Shown here: one piece after another, positions 1 to 11,891 of the stretch
Numbering within the stretch: position 1 is the stretch's first letter
Layout: the number at the start of each line of letters is the position of its first letter
DNA from: Octopus sinensis
Lineage: Eukaryota
NCBI RefSeq assembly: GCF_006345805.1
Contig: NC_042997.1
Span: 69,378,001 to 69,442,000, forward strand
Direction: 5' to 3'
DNA: 64,000 nucleotides
The notes under the pieces: model-generated
The model's input: the letters and a program-made list of their open reading frames with translations, nothing else
The model's database searches: none
What the model was told of the DNA's origin: nothing
Program-made: the position numbers and the translations under genes

Positions 1-110
1 AATATATTTATGTACCTTCTACTTAAGAAATTGAGTACTTTACTGTAGTATTTTACTAAAATTATGTTTATTTCCATTCTTACAGTATCACAAAGTATAA
101 TTATGTATTC

Positions 111-143
<33 letters not shown>

Positions 144-152
144 ATGTTGTAG

Positions 153-355
153 GTACACCCAGCCTGTGTTACCGATATGATGGTGATGGCGTATGTGAAA
201 AAGATGAAGAGGGTTCCAGTTTACGTGACTGTGGATTTTTCACGCCACCGGGTTACGAAGATCAGTGGCCTATTTCTGTCAGTGGTAACCCACAGCATCA
301 AAAAATGCCTGAATGTCCAGAAGACGTACTGATTGGTGCTCCGTCAAGGTTTCAG
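153..355 (+). CDS. PAPPA: Pappalysin-like coding exon (first in window; the gene starts upstream of the window)
   Basis: AG at 151-152 and GTAAT at 356. Translates (G)TPSLCYRYDGDGVCEKDEEGSSLRDCGFFTPPGYEDQWPISVSGNPQHQKMPECPEDVLIGAPSRFQ, which matches the recalled human PAPP-A segment [38 protein letters not shown]. PAPPA versus PAPPA2 cannot be resolved; probably a co-ortholog. Confidence 0.95.
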
Positions 356-2257
356 GTAATTTTCCACACCTACCCCATCGTTTCAATAGGGATTTAGTTC
401 ATTTACAAATATGAAAGAGGTTACGAAAAGAGATAATATTTAGTGTACGAGAACATGATGAAGAGATTCTTTCGGATGAAGATGATGGTGTATTGATGGT
501 CACTATTGTAAACGTCATCCTTTGATTTTTGAAGTCTAACAGAAGTTTAATCCATATGTTGATCCTGTTTCGACTTTATTTTACGTCTATGAGCAAAGGT
601 ATTTTACCTGTAAACATCCCAGTTTCTTTCTCAGAATGTGTGTATTGAGCTTCTTTAAACCAATGTGTAGGTACAGTAAAAACACATCGCTACTATTTCT
701 TGCTAGTCAAGTGTCCTTGTAGAAACATTTGTTCACTCGCATTAGCTTTGTTTATGAATGTGGAGCCTTTATGTCAGCACTACATTTGACTACACTTAAT
801 GTCTTTCCTCTTCTACTTTTTCCTTTTCTCTACTCATGTTTTTTTTTCTTTTTGGCTTTTCTGTGGGATTCTCTCGTAAGATTCTTTAAGAGACAGTTAA
901 CTTAAGGAATTTGAAATGCTAAATAACTAAATCGAACTATATTCATTATTATATAATCCTCATTATAATCCAATATTGTTCACCATTTTGAGTAACGGGT
1001 CTTTGAGGACTGATATGAATTTAGATGATCGAAATTATAGGTGGTTTATATCAGGTCATCGGTGGTGTCTTGCGTCTGCGGTCGGACACATGGCTTCCAG
1101 ACGGTTCAGTTAACCTAGCTGTAAATATATTCCGAAATATAAGAAAAACTAGTCACTCTAAGCAACTGCAACACTATAAATCTGGCCAGTACAACATAAT
1201 GAAAAACCTGTCGTTCAAATCTGTCGTAACTATTTAAGAATGAATATGTACGTCATCATTTTCATTCCCGCTGATCTCCGTTAATGTGGTAATTTATTAT
1301 CGATTTAGCAGACATCAGAACGCATCAGCAAATAATTTGTTTGCTAAATTCTTCTTCATTTGATCCGGAGTTAGCGTTGAAAGGAGACACTCAACCTGAT
1401 CGAAACACTGGTGCCTCAAGGTCCCCCTACTTTAATGAATCGAAAGTGTTGGGCACTCGCTTTGACTGAAAAGAGAAGTAGGTCTCCAATGACGAAGTAC
1501 AACAGTGATTAACAAATTCACGTTTAAATTTGCCAGAATGAATTAAGAATGAATGTGTCATTACTTTGATTCTCGCTCTTCTTTTATAATATAGTAAGAT
1601 GTTCTTTAGAATCTCTAGGGCATTATCAGTTATTTTTTAGTGTACCAAAAGGAAAACAATGGCGACAGTCCCAGATGACAATAAATATGAGAGTGAGGTT
1701 TGTATGGCTGACTCGAAAGGAGATCGTGCTACCAGTTATGAGATCGGATAACTGATCCCTATACTGTCACTGTTGCTGTGTTACTATATCCACGGCTCTT
1801 AATAATCAAATGAAAATAACTTATCACCAAAATCATTTTTTCTAGTTTAGAGTGAATGCTAAGTTCATCTCCTTAACTTCTGCTGAGAAATTAAGGAGAA
1901 AGCAAGGTTTTCTGTAATATACTAAGAATGCAATGGCTTTGATACATCATTATTGATATATGATAAATATGGAACACTTTCACGAACCGAACATGTGCAA
2001 TACACTGAAGAATTGCTTGTGATCTCTGAATTCAATATTTAATAGATGACTTCTTTCTTCAGAGTATAAGCTGAAATTGAAATCATGTCAACACGATTAC
2101 TTTATATATAAAATTTATTAACTGTAAGTTTTCTTTATACATTCAAACCTTTGAACTATGATGTATTTTGCATACCAGTCTGCACACTAAAAGACCGACC
2201 GCACGTGACTCTTCGCCATTACTATGCTGAGCTGTAGCGAATATATCTAAATACCGT

Positions 2258-2555
2258 GGGAGGTATAGGGCTTAGTGGTTAGGGTGTTCGGCTCATGATC
2301 GTAAGGTCGAGAGTTGTGTTCGATACTCGATAGTGCATTGTGTCCATGAGCAAGACAGTTCATTTTACATTGCTCCAGTTCTCTCGGCTGGCAAAAATGA
2401 ATACTATCATGTAACTCTAGAAGGGCCAGCTTTGTCACAGTATGTGTCGCTCCGTATCTCCCTAAGAATTACGCTGAGGGTACGCGTCTCAATGGAGTGC
2501 TCAGCTACTTGTGCGTTAATTTCACTGCAACCCTCGTCATCGTAACCGACAGAGT
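2258..2555 (+). mobile_element. tRNA-derived SINE
   Basis: A-box-like GGCTTAGTGG and B-box-like GTTCGATAC. The body is homologous to 51593-51865 (gagtgctcagc...accctcgt...cgtaaccgac). Confidence 0.7.
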
Positions 2556-3253
2556 GTCTGTTTAATATCTAAATACCACTCACTGTTAGGATAGGAAGTA
2601 TTGTATTATCATAATGTAGCTCGTTAGATTCCATTGTTACTTCATGCTCTACAATTTGCCACCGGTTGTTTGCGGCATAACTATTTCACTTCTCTCACAA
2701 TTGCATTAATACATACGTTAATTCAATTCCCATGAAGGGTGTAAGTTATCAAAGAAATATACTGATCAGTCTTTACGCGGCTGTAACCTCCCCACTAAAT
2801 CAGATGCTGAATTTTTGAGTACCATCATGTAATAGACCACCTCCAAAACTTTTATGATGGTACAAGAGTCTCTCACAGAAATATAATTTTCTAAGTGCAG
2901 GAAATTGCGCTACCTTATCTTATCATCTTTTCATATCAATCCTCATGAATTGAAATTTTCATTAAAATTTTCAATAAATTTATAAAGACTTTTCTGTTCT
3001 TTGATCCCATCAAAACATGGTTTGCATGAGTAACTGTTAAATTCTGTTGATTAGTCGATATCTAAAACAATATTATTTTCCAGATGGTTGTGTGTAAGGG
3101 GAGGAACATTATGTTGCTGTTTTTAATATGTCAATAGATTCTACAGGCACTACTACGTTGTTCCTAATACAAGCGTTTCAGACAATTATAGCTAAAATTA
3201 ATTTCAGAAAAATCCTTCTTCTCCATGCTATTTACCATTCTTTTCTTTTGTAG

Positions 3254-3337
3254 GAATGCAAAAACAATGCTGACCTATCTGATGTTTGGCAACCTTGTAA
3301 TATAAATTTCTTTTCTGATAATGATTACTGGGTCAAG
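3254..3337 (+). CDS. PAPPA: Pappalysin-like coding exon 2 in window
   Basis: tttgtag|GAA...AAG|gtaat, 84 nt, phase 0/0. ECKNNADLSDVWQPCNINFFSDNDYWVK aligns with VCRTK...AWYPC...FWLR. Confidence 0.88.
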
Positions 3338-6300
3338 GTAATATTTTATTAATTTATTCAACTATAGTATAATTAATTAAACAAAAAAAATGTTCATAAA
3401 TATATAAGGGATCCAGCTGCTTTTTTTATTTCTTTATCAATGACTACATACATTCCGCTATCATTACCATCTTCTGTTGCAAAGTGGTTCATTATTACAA
3501 TTAATAATTAATAATTGTTTCTAATACAGGCACAAAAACACAAATTGGGAAGGTGGGATTAGTCAATTAAATCTAACCAGTAGTTGCCTGGTAAATTAAT
3601 TTGTCTATGTCAAAAAGATTAAAGACAAACCAAACGGAATTTAACCTCGGAAGAAATACAGCAAGAAATACGTCCAATATCCTGGCGTTCTGGCGCCCTA
3701 ATAATTCTTATATAGACACAAGGCCTGCAATTTAAAGAGAAACAGTTACTCGATATGTTGACCTCAGTACCTGACTAATACACTCGACGGCCAACGCTGA
3801 GCATTCTGAAAGACAGATAACTTCAGCCAAAATTCAGGATAGCCTTGTCGGTCATCATCTAAGCTTCCATATCAATAATCCACAAATAGGAACAAAAGAG
3901 ATATTTCATAGTAATTCCTCTAGATGGCTAAAGAAATACAACTACCCTATCTTAGTCGGGTCAAAAAGTTAATTCTTGTTAAGATATCACCTTTGATACT
4001 ATTCAGTACCACCAGCTTACAGTTCGAATCCAGGAATATCATCTGTAACTTGAGATTCAAAAATTTTTATCCAAGCTGCTATTCAGTCGTAACCAGACCG
4101 TTCAAATCATGGATACACTTCGAGTGTACGCGTCTTGTAAATACTAATTTCGTTGACAGTTATTACATTACTATCTATTAACCTACTCTGATTACAATTA
4201 CATTCGTCGGGAAAAAGATAGGCGAGTGGTTGTTTAGATCACTTGTGAAGAAGTACAAGAAATACGATCTCTTCTCTGGATTAGGGTTACTTGTAAGGCC
4301 CTCTCAAAAACTTAGGTTGGTTGGGGGATGAGTTAGTGAAAGCCATTTGTTAGTATCATGATGGTGATTTGTTATGAACCTCAGAAATTTCCTGTTGTTT
4401 CTATTCATAACAGTAAAGGGGACAAAAGTTTGGGGCCTTTTGAGTGCTTTTTTTCAATCTTTTAGTCAGGAGAAAAGGCTCTGTTTCGGGCTTTTTGCAA
4501 GTGAAGCTGGGTGGGGAGATAAAGTTATCCTGAAACAAGAAGCCAACCCGATTTTTGACTTTGGTGTTACTGATGTTCTTATTTTTATTTTTTCTTGTTT
4601 CTTTTAATGTTTTTGCTATGATTGTTGTGTTTTATTGTTATTTTTATGGTTGATGTTGTGGAAAAATGGATGGGTGGAGTGCGTCAGATTCACGAGTTCT
4701 CTGTTGCCTGTCAGTCCTTCCACTCTTTGACTTAAAGTAGCTTATTATGTCTCCTATTTAATATTTCTCTTAGCGAAGACCTTTTGCAACGAGTGACGAA
4801 CGATATTGCTTTCAGTCATTTCTGCGTATGAGCATACATACGAGCATATATTAGACTTTCTGTGCGTTGATATGTCACCATTCATATATCAGTATTGTCC
4901 GTTATTGCACTGGAGGCCTTCCTGCCCTCGTTCTGGACGAGTGCTTTACTCAAATAATATTTCTGTATTGCTGGTCGTTTCCAGCTATTGCTGCTCTCGG
5001 GAAAAAGACAAACTTTGCGGCTATTTTGCTGTAGATGTCGTTAAAGCATTTACTGACGCTGTTAATCTCTTGTTCGTGTGGTGTCAGAGCCTACAGTTGA
5101 AGCAGTGGTAGTGTTGGGTGTGTTGGATGTGATAGCGGTAATTGAATATGTAGTAGTTATGTTGTTAACTTAGTTGCGGTGATAATGTTGTTCGGTTAAC
5201 TTACAGTATTTTGCTATTGTCATTTCCTCCTTATTTTGAGCTATAATTGTTCTTGTTATCGTTGTTGCGCTTCATGATATGTTCACCATGCAAAGTGATG
5301 TTTCAAAGCTGTTAGTTTTACTGCATTACTTTCTATAATAACTATTTTAGCTTGAATTTCTGTCTGTTGGGTTCTGTGTGTCTGTGTTACAAACGCTAAT
5401 TATTGCAAAGCATGTAAATATCTAAATCACAAAATGATAGTATAACTGGCCAAATTTACGATATCTATGTCTAAGTTCTCATGCATTTGGATATCTTCTC
5501 TGAACGAGACCAATGCACAATAACAGAATCGCTAGTCCAGGGACCTTCGACAATGGTTAGCATGGACTTCTCTTCCAAGCCGACAAGCGGCAGGCCCAAC
5601 AAATTTTCATGGTTAATGCTTGTTCATATCAATCTCCCGTATTTCATCAGTTTGAATCCGAACATTCACTTCCGTAATGACTAATAGCATCAAAGTAACT
5701 TTATCCAAACATTCTGACACTAACCATTCATGTCACCTACTGCAATAATCTATGACTCGTTTATTAGTGTTTTCTGCTCAACTGCAGGAATCACACCGTT
5801 CTCGTCGCTTTTCTCGAGAGATCATCAGCATCTAAGAAATATGTCTGTTTCGAATCAAACATCGAGAAAATTGTGGGAGAGGGCTATGTCTCGGAATACT
5901 TGATTTCGATGATGACTATGACAAATATATCTAGTGATTTGTGGCCTGTTGTGTAAATCATTTTGCTTGCAACCTATCTACATGCAACTAACTCCTTCTA
6001 CAAAATGTGTAACTCAGTTCGCTTGCCCTACATTCTTATCAACCGAGCAATCCAATTTTCAATGTTTCTCAAATCTCCTCTACGGCATTACATAGGCTGC
6101 TTTTATTTGGAGATCCCCTGCTCAGGTGGGAATTTCTATCACAAATCTGTCTAGACTACAGGTGTAATAGACCATACACCTGTTGGATGCTTCTTTTCAT
6201 ATAACTTCATTTTTCATTTTATTTTGTTATTTTCCCTTACGTTCAGCTTCAATCCTCCAGTGAATGCCGGAGTTGAATATGTCTGTGTTGTTCCTTGTGT

Positions 6301-7159
6301 TTTGCTAGCTACTTTTCTTATTTCATTTCATGTTTTTGCTGTAAATGTTGTTTCTATTTTCTCTGTAACCGTACAGTCATTTTTTTCTGTTTCTCCTCTT
6401 GTGGTAACTCTTCTACTAGAGCTCGGGTAGAATCAGCATGACACAATATTCTATATTCTATACACAGCCCAACTAGCGGGTTTCCCACAGTTTATCTTTT
6501 TCAACGTTTACTCACAAGGATTTTTTTAAAATGATGTTCAGTGAAATCGAACATGGGACCTCTTAATCGTGAAACAAACTACTAACTCATTTATATTAAA
6601 TATGTATGAATGAGTACGTAGAAATGTTCATGGGCGTATGTGTGTACATCTGTGTTTGCAAATGAATGAGTGAATGAATATGTGTATGTGAGTATTGTTT
6701 ATACTAGCAATACAGAACTACTGCTTAACGCACATTCTGTCATAACATTTAGAGGTCATTGCCACTAGAATTTCACAATCTGCCACCTGCCACATAGGTG
6801 CTTTGATGGGAATAATATTTATAATTTTATAACGTACAATATAAATGGCGTAACATTTATATTGCGATTGGCCAAGTAGCTAATATATAACCAGTATGCA
6901 TTCGTAAACAGTAATATTTCTATTTTGTTTAGCCCCCAAGTCAGCCTTGATGTTTCTGTTCATATTTTGTGAAATACTTCTGTATTGTCAATTCAGCACT
7001 GTTTATAGTCTGTCAACGTTGCCGTTGTCCCTTTTATCAATGCACTACTTTCTGCCATATCATGCTCATCAGAGAAATATTTGACCCAGAAGCCTAGGAA
7101 CTATTAATGTCAACGATGAGCATCTGTATCGTTTCCTCTTTGAGCAATGTGTCAGATAG

Positions 7160-7455
7160 TGGCGGCACATGGCCTAGTGGTCAGAGCAGCAGACTCGCGG
7201 TCGAGGGATCGCGGGTTCGAATCTCAGACCGAGAGATGTGCGTGTTTATCAGCGAAGCACCTAAGCTCTACGCGGCTCCGGCAGAAAGTAATGGCGAATT
7301 TTGCCGACTCTTTCGCCACAACTTTCTCTCACTCTTTCCTTCTGCATCTTGCAGCTCACTTGCGACAGACTGGCGTCCCGTCCACGTGGGGAACCTATAC
7401 GCCAAGGAAACCGGCCCTATGAGCTAGGCATGGCTCGAGAAGGAACAAACAAAAT
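7160..7455 (+). mobile_element. tRNA-derived SINE
   Basis: tRNA-like head GGCCTAGTGGTCAGAGCAGCAGACTCGCGGTCGAGGGATCGCGGGTTCGAATCTC followed by a non-tRNA body. The same head occurs at 53876. Confidence 0.75.
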
Positions 7456-7527
7456 AACTGCGTCAGATATGGCCTTTTGCACAACAGTTAAATCTGAGAT
7501 CTTGCACATAGTTGCAACGCGAAATCG

Positions 7528-7810
7528 TGGCTGTATGGTATGAAGCTTGCTTTCAAATCACATGGTTTGGGGTTCAATCCTACTGCGTGGCACCTTGCGC
7601 TACTGTCTTCTACTATAGTCTCTAGCCGACCAAAGCCTTCTGAGTCGATTTGGTTGACGGAAATTGATAGACGCCCGTCGTATATATGTATACATACAAA
7701 AGTGAGCGCTAGAATAAGTCCTGAGATCGATTTCTTAGACTAAAAGCCTTTAAGACGGTGCTCCAGCATGGTCGCAGTCGAATGACTGAAACAAGTAAAA
7801 AATTAAAAGA
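7528..7810 (+). mobile_element. tRNA-derived SINE with internal microsatellite (internally deleted copy)
   Basis: Head ggctgtatggtatgaagcttgc...ggttcaatcc and tail gctccagcatggtcgcagtcgaatgactgaaacaagtaaaa. Homologous pieces lie at 59100-59540 (-), 59920-60090 and 61370-61593. Confidence 0.7.
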
Positions 7811-8140
7811 AAAATAAGAATGGTGCAAATGAGTATGCAAATGTGATGAAATACTCGTAGTATATTTAGATGGCTAAAATTTGCATATTTTACTGTTGGT
7901 ACATCAGTTAGTCTTTGTAGAAATTGGAGACTGTGTTTGCAGATTGAGATAAAGTGCTACTATCTATCGGTTGTGCTTAAGAATGTTTTTTAGAATATTG
8001 ATCATTTCATTTCAGTTCAAATTTTCAAGGACATACCTCTATGAACTTCCTTAAGTTAGTACGTATATGTGTGTGTATTCATGTATATAAATAGAAAATG
8101 AGATGACAATATAATAAACGATTATCTTATGAAGTTCATT

Positions 8141-8208
8141 AGCTTATAGCTGTTTCTGCTACAAGACGCAGTGGACACAGTTGAATGCCTTATAGCATCA
8201 TCGGAGCC
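8141..8208 (-). ncRNA. Type I hammerhead ribozyme-like motif (CCGAUGA core variant; G16.2A)
   Basis: Minus strand: GGCU-CCGAUGA-UGCUAUAAGGC...GUCUUGUAGCA-GAAAC-AGCU-AUA-AGCU. 11-bp stem II and 4-bp stem I; left arm of a palindrome. Confidence 0.6.
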
Positions 8209-8292
8209 TCAAATATGAAGTGCAACTTATTTGGGAAAAGAATTATATTTATGCATAAATATCTTTTCCCAAATAAATTGTACTTCATACTC

Positions 8293-8375
8293 GAGGCTCC
8301 GATGAAGCTATAAGGCGTTGCTCAGACACTCAACTATGAATCTCTTGCGTCTTATAGCAGAAACAGCTGTAACTC
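8293..8375 (+). ncRNA. Type I hammerhead ribozyme-like motif (CCGAUGA core variant)
   Basis: CCGAUGA at 8299-8305; 11-bp stem II GCUAUAAGGCG/CGUCUUAUAGC; GAAAC at 8360-8364; palindromic stem III ACAGCUGU; predicted cleavage after A8371; stem I damaged. Confidence 0.6.
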
Positions 8376-9734
8376 ATTTTCTATTTATATACATATATAA
8401 TAAATCAAGGGTATAAATCCTCTTAAAGAGATGTCAGCATCCGCGTTCTCCGGTTATATCCAGTATATCAATGAAAAACCAAAGACGTTAGCTTCGTATT
8501 GATGGATCTGGGTATACTATTTATTACCTTTTTTATATGAGAAAATGAATACAAAGAAACTAACATATAGGCATCAACTTGCTAGAACATAATGCAATTC
8601 TGAACAATATCAAACTCAATTTCACCTACAATTGTTTCCATGTCCAATTGAATCAATTTGAGAAATCAAATTAGATTAAATTAAATTAAATTTCCATATC
8701 GAATGTCGTTAATTGGGTATTTCAACAGGGGAAGAATTTGTAGGAAAGGATCTATATTCCGATAAGTTGTTTAAACCTTGATAGACTCAGACATGTGCGG
8801 TTCAGCAATCAATATATTTTTAAAAATCACCGTTACTTATGTATAAGTAAACGCAAAAGTGTTTAATGCATTTGTGCGCGCGTGTGTGTAATGTGTTGAA
8901 AAAAAAACAAAAACAAAATATCCGTTAGTTAGATATTTCGAAACGATTACTTTAAGCTAGAAGCTAAAAAAACTATTATTCCTAAACTACGCTGTTACTT
9001 ATGATAGATTGTAATGTCATTAATGTATTTAATCACGTAAGAAATTTAATTATAAATTACCCAGTTGCAATCTAGATAATAAATTATCATTATAATTTTA
9101 TAATTTTTTATTTATTAAACCACAGTTACGTATATGTAATATTTACATTACGTATTTGTGCGTGCGTGTGTGTTAATGTGTTGAAAGCTACTAGACGATG
9201 ACGAATCAAGACTGCTTAGTGATAACCATAGCTGAACATTACGTAATCAATATTTGTACACAGTACATTTGTTTACATAATAGTGTACACGAGCTTGAAT
9301 AAGGAAAGCACCAACGTTAACAAATCAAAATTAGTGAAATTAATAATAATTAAAACCATTATTGAATTGATATGAAGTAATTGGTATCTTTAACTTAGAT
9401 ACCAATTACTTTTTTTAAGTATATTAATTACAGATTCCTAAGATACGTACTTAAATTAAAATACTTTTAACTTTTATATAATAGTTACCTGTAAATAAAA
9501 CTTTATATTCATATTTAACATTTATTATATATTGTAATATTAATATATCTACTAAGAATTACCTAATCTTTTGAGATGCCGCCGGAATTTATTGTCCTGG
9601 TAAAATTTACAAAAACATGCTTATAGACGAGAACACATGATATATCCACCCACCCCCCTTGTGATAAGGAGTCTACGTTTGGAATTTAAGATTTGGTATA
9701 ATTCTTCTACGCAAAGAAAACAAAAGGTATGCCA

Positions 9735-10353
9735 ATTTACCCTGTAATTTACCCTTGTAATTTTAATTTTCTCCTGTTTACGGAATTAATCTTTATTTGC
9801 GGTAGAAGCTTTGGCTGTTATTTCTAGTGGGTGAATGGCCTATTATGGCCGTTCCTTAATTGTTAATGTTGAACTTAAAAATGGTCTATGACTATTTAAT
9901 TTTTTCCTACTGGGCCGCTGGTGGCAATAAAATTCTACAAAATTTTCCTTGCCACCCTATATTGATTAATTATGAATTTTTTGGTTAATTCCGTAATGGA
10001 ATCGACGGCTGATATTTATTTGCTGCCGATAAATTTGGCGCGAGTGCGACGATTTGAAAATTTTAGGTCAGATATTGCCTTGGCAAGATTGGGTATGCCT
10101 CGTGTAAATATCTGTTCCGACTTGAGCTATTTCTTGCTGAAGAATCCGAGGGCTTATGGAAGATTGGCTTGATTTAATTTAATCAGGTTAGTTTACCATT
10201 AAACAGCGGATGAAACGGTATACCGTACAAGAAATTACAGGGTAAATGTTTTTTTAATTTTCTCCTGTTTACGGAATTAATCTTTATTTGCGGTAGAAGC
10301 TTTGGCTGTTATTTCTAGTGGGTGAATGGCCTATTATGGCCGTTCCTTAATTG

Positions 10354-10357
<4 letters not shown>
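9735..10357 (+). mobile_element. Non-autonomous HHR-bearing retroelement (retrozyme or Penelope pLTR-like partial tandem)
   Basis: 9765-9867 is duplicated at 10255-10357 (period 490 nt). It has an internal HHR, an inverted 5' tag, and a 3' end joined to (TA)n at 10358. Confidence 0.65.
10129..10235 (+). ncRNA. Type I hammerhead ribozyme (intact core)
   Basis: Stem I AUUUCUUG/CAAGAAAU (8 bp); CUGAAGA at 10137-10143; stem II AUCCG/CGGAU with a long inner hairpin; GAAAC at 10212-10216; palindromic stem III ACGG-UAUA-CCGU; cleavage after GUA at 10227. Confidence 0.88.
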
Positions 10358-10412
<55 letters not shown>

Positions 10413-10616
10413 AAGTAGATAAATGAATTATCTTATTACGGATAATTCAAATGATAACCGATACCTGGGTAGCAAAACGCACAACAGAAAAAACACGGTT
10501 GAAGTTATGACCATGGGGCATAAAAACCGTGCCTTAGTGCGGAAATTTGAAGTTTTATATATTAAGTGTAGGAAGAAATGGAGCTGAACGAAGATTTAAC
10601 AAAATTCCTTTATATT

Positions 10617-10702
10617 ATTTTCTACATATGTTTCGAAGGCTGCAAAGTCCCTAATTCGGATTGAATAAGGAGTCCATTTTGCAGCTTTCTCTACAGGAAA
10701 AT
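10617..10702 (-). ncRNA. Type I hammerhead ribozyme, core mutated (CUGUAGA, A6U)
   Basis: Mirror copy of 10848-10933, with GAAAC-AUAU-GUA intact. Confidence 0.7.
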
Positions 10703-10847
10703 CCAGGAACTTAATTCTCCAACAAAATGCACAACAAGCTTTTCGACAAACGCTCACGAGGAGCCCATGAAAAAATTTTTCATGGGCTCCTCGTGAGCGT
10801 TTGTCGAAAAGCTTGTTGTGCATTTTGTTGGAGAATTAAGTTCCTGG

Positions 10848-10933
10848 ATTTTCCTGAAGAGAAAGCTGCAAAATGGACTCCTTATTCAATCCGAATTAGG
10901 GACTTTGCAGCCTTCGAAATATATGTAGAAAAT
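10848..10933 (+). ncRNA. Type I hammerhead ribozyme (intact core)
   Basis: Stem I AUUUUC/GAAAAU; CUGAAGA at 10854-10860; stem II GAAAGCUGCAAA/UUUGCAGCCUUC; GAAAU-AUAU-GUA (U.G wobble); cleavage after 10927. Confidence 0.85.
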
Positions 10934-10987
10934 AATATAAAGGAATTTTGTTAAATCTTCGTTCAGCTCCATTTCTTCCTACACTTA

Positions 10988-11018
<31 letters not shown>

Positions 11019-11027
11019 TATAGAAGG

Positions 11028-11078
11028 AGCTTCTACAGGACTAGAACTGTTTCATTCAAGAGAAATATTCAGGAAGCT
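11028..11078 (-). ncRNA. Hammerhead motif, core mutated (CUGAAUA, G8U)
   Basis: Mirror copy of 11081-11131. Confidence 0.55.
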
Positions 11079-11080
11079 GA

Positions 11081-11131
11081 AGCTTCCTGAAGATTTCTCT
11101 TGAATGAAACAGTTCTAGTCCTGTAGAAGCT
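11081..11131 (+). ncRNA. Type I hammerhead ribozyme (intact core, weak stem II)
   Basis: Stem I AGCUUC/GAAGCU; CUGAAGA at 11087-11093; stem II UUC-UCUU-GAA closed by U.U; GAAAC at 11106-11110; stem III ACAG/CUGU; cleavage after GUA at 11125. Confidence 0.75.
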
Positions 11132-11235
11132 CCTTCTATAATAAATTAATTTTACTCTGCTATGTATTGAGTACCTTATTTACTGTGGTTAACCCCGAAT
11201 CAACCCGGGACCTACATATATATATATATATATAT

Positions 11236-11891
11236 ATGAATTATAAAAATTATAAAATTCGAGGAAAAAACCTTACATTGAATAAAATGCATATTGACCT
11301 TAATGAAGGCAATATAATTAATACATGGGAAATTTTAAAATGCATTAAAATGTACATATATATCAACATACACAGATAGATGCGTGCAAATCACATACAT
11401 ATGCAGATGTATAAATATAAAGCGTTTACATACTAGTCCAAGAATCAAAATCAAAATTTCAAAAATCAATATGCAAAAAGACAAAATATATACTCTATCC
11501 ATATGGTATATTTATGTTTGACATTTTAAATTTGGTTGCGTGCCTGCATAAGTTGATCAGCTCACTTCTTTGATTCAAAGAATTATTGTCTTTGAATAAC
11601 ATATAAAGTTTCTCTAACAGGCAAAGATTGCATTTAAAAATATTCTTGTGTGCTCCATGTCTGTATGATGCCGCTCTGTCCAGAATGATCCATGTCACGT
11701 TGAAAGGTGGGGGTTTATACGTCTGTATATGTATGTGATTTGCACGCATCTATCTGTGTATGTTGATATATATGTACATTTTAATGCATTTTAACATTTT
11801 CCATGTATTAATTATATTTCCTTCATTAAGGTCAATATGCATTTTATTCAATGTAAGGTTTTTCCTCGAATTTTATGATTTTTATAATTTT

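Larger units (their letters stand above)
10556..10994. repeat. Near-perfect 439-bp palindrome (fold-back element)
   Basis: Mirrored coordinates sum to 21550 (centre 10775). By eye there are two substitutions plus one unpaired central base, and the right end runs into (TA)n. This explains the twin ORFs 10596-10823(-) and 10727-10954(+). Confidence 0.95.
11010..11147. repeat. Near-perfect palindrome of about 138 bp
   Basis: Arms 11010-11078 and 11081-11147 with a 2-nt spacer; the left end abuts (TA)n. Confidence 0.92.

Noticed and set aside
900-6430. Faint RT- or endonuclease-like peptides near 900-1560, 3900-5400 and 5500-6430
   Set aside because: They are probably very old LINE or PLE debris, but the motifs are too broken to assign.
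7035-7080. Minus-strand CUGAUGA...GAAAG
   Set aside because: Stems I and III cannot be formed.
7160-7235. tRNA-like sequences (also near 2258, 51593 and 53876)
   Set aside because: Acceptor stems are incomplete and each continues into a shared repeat body, so they are SINE heads rather than tRNA genes.
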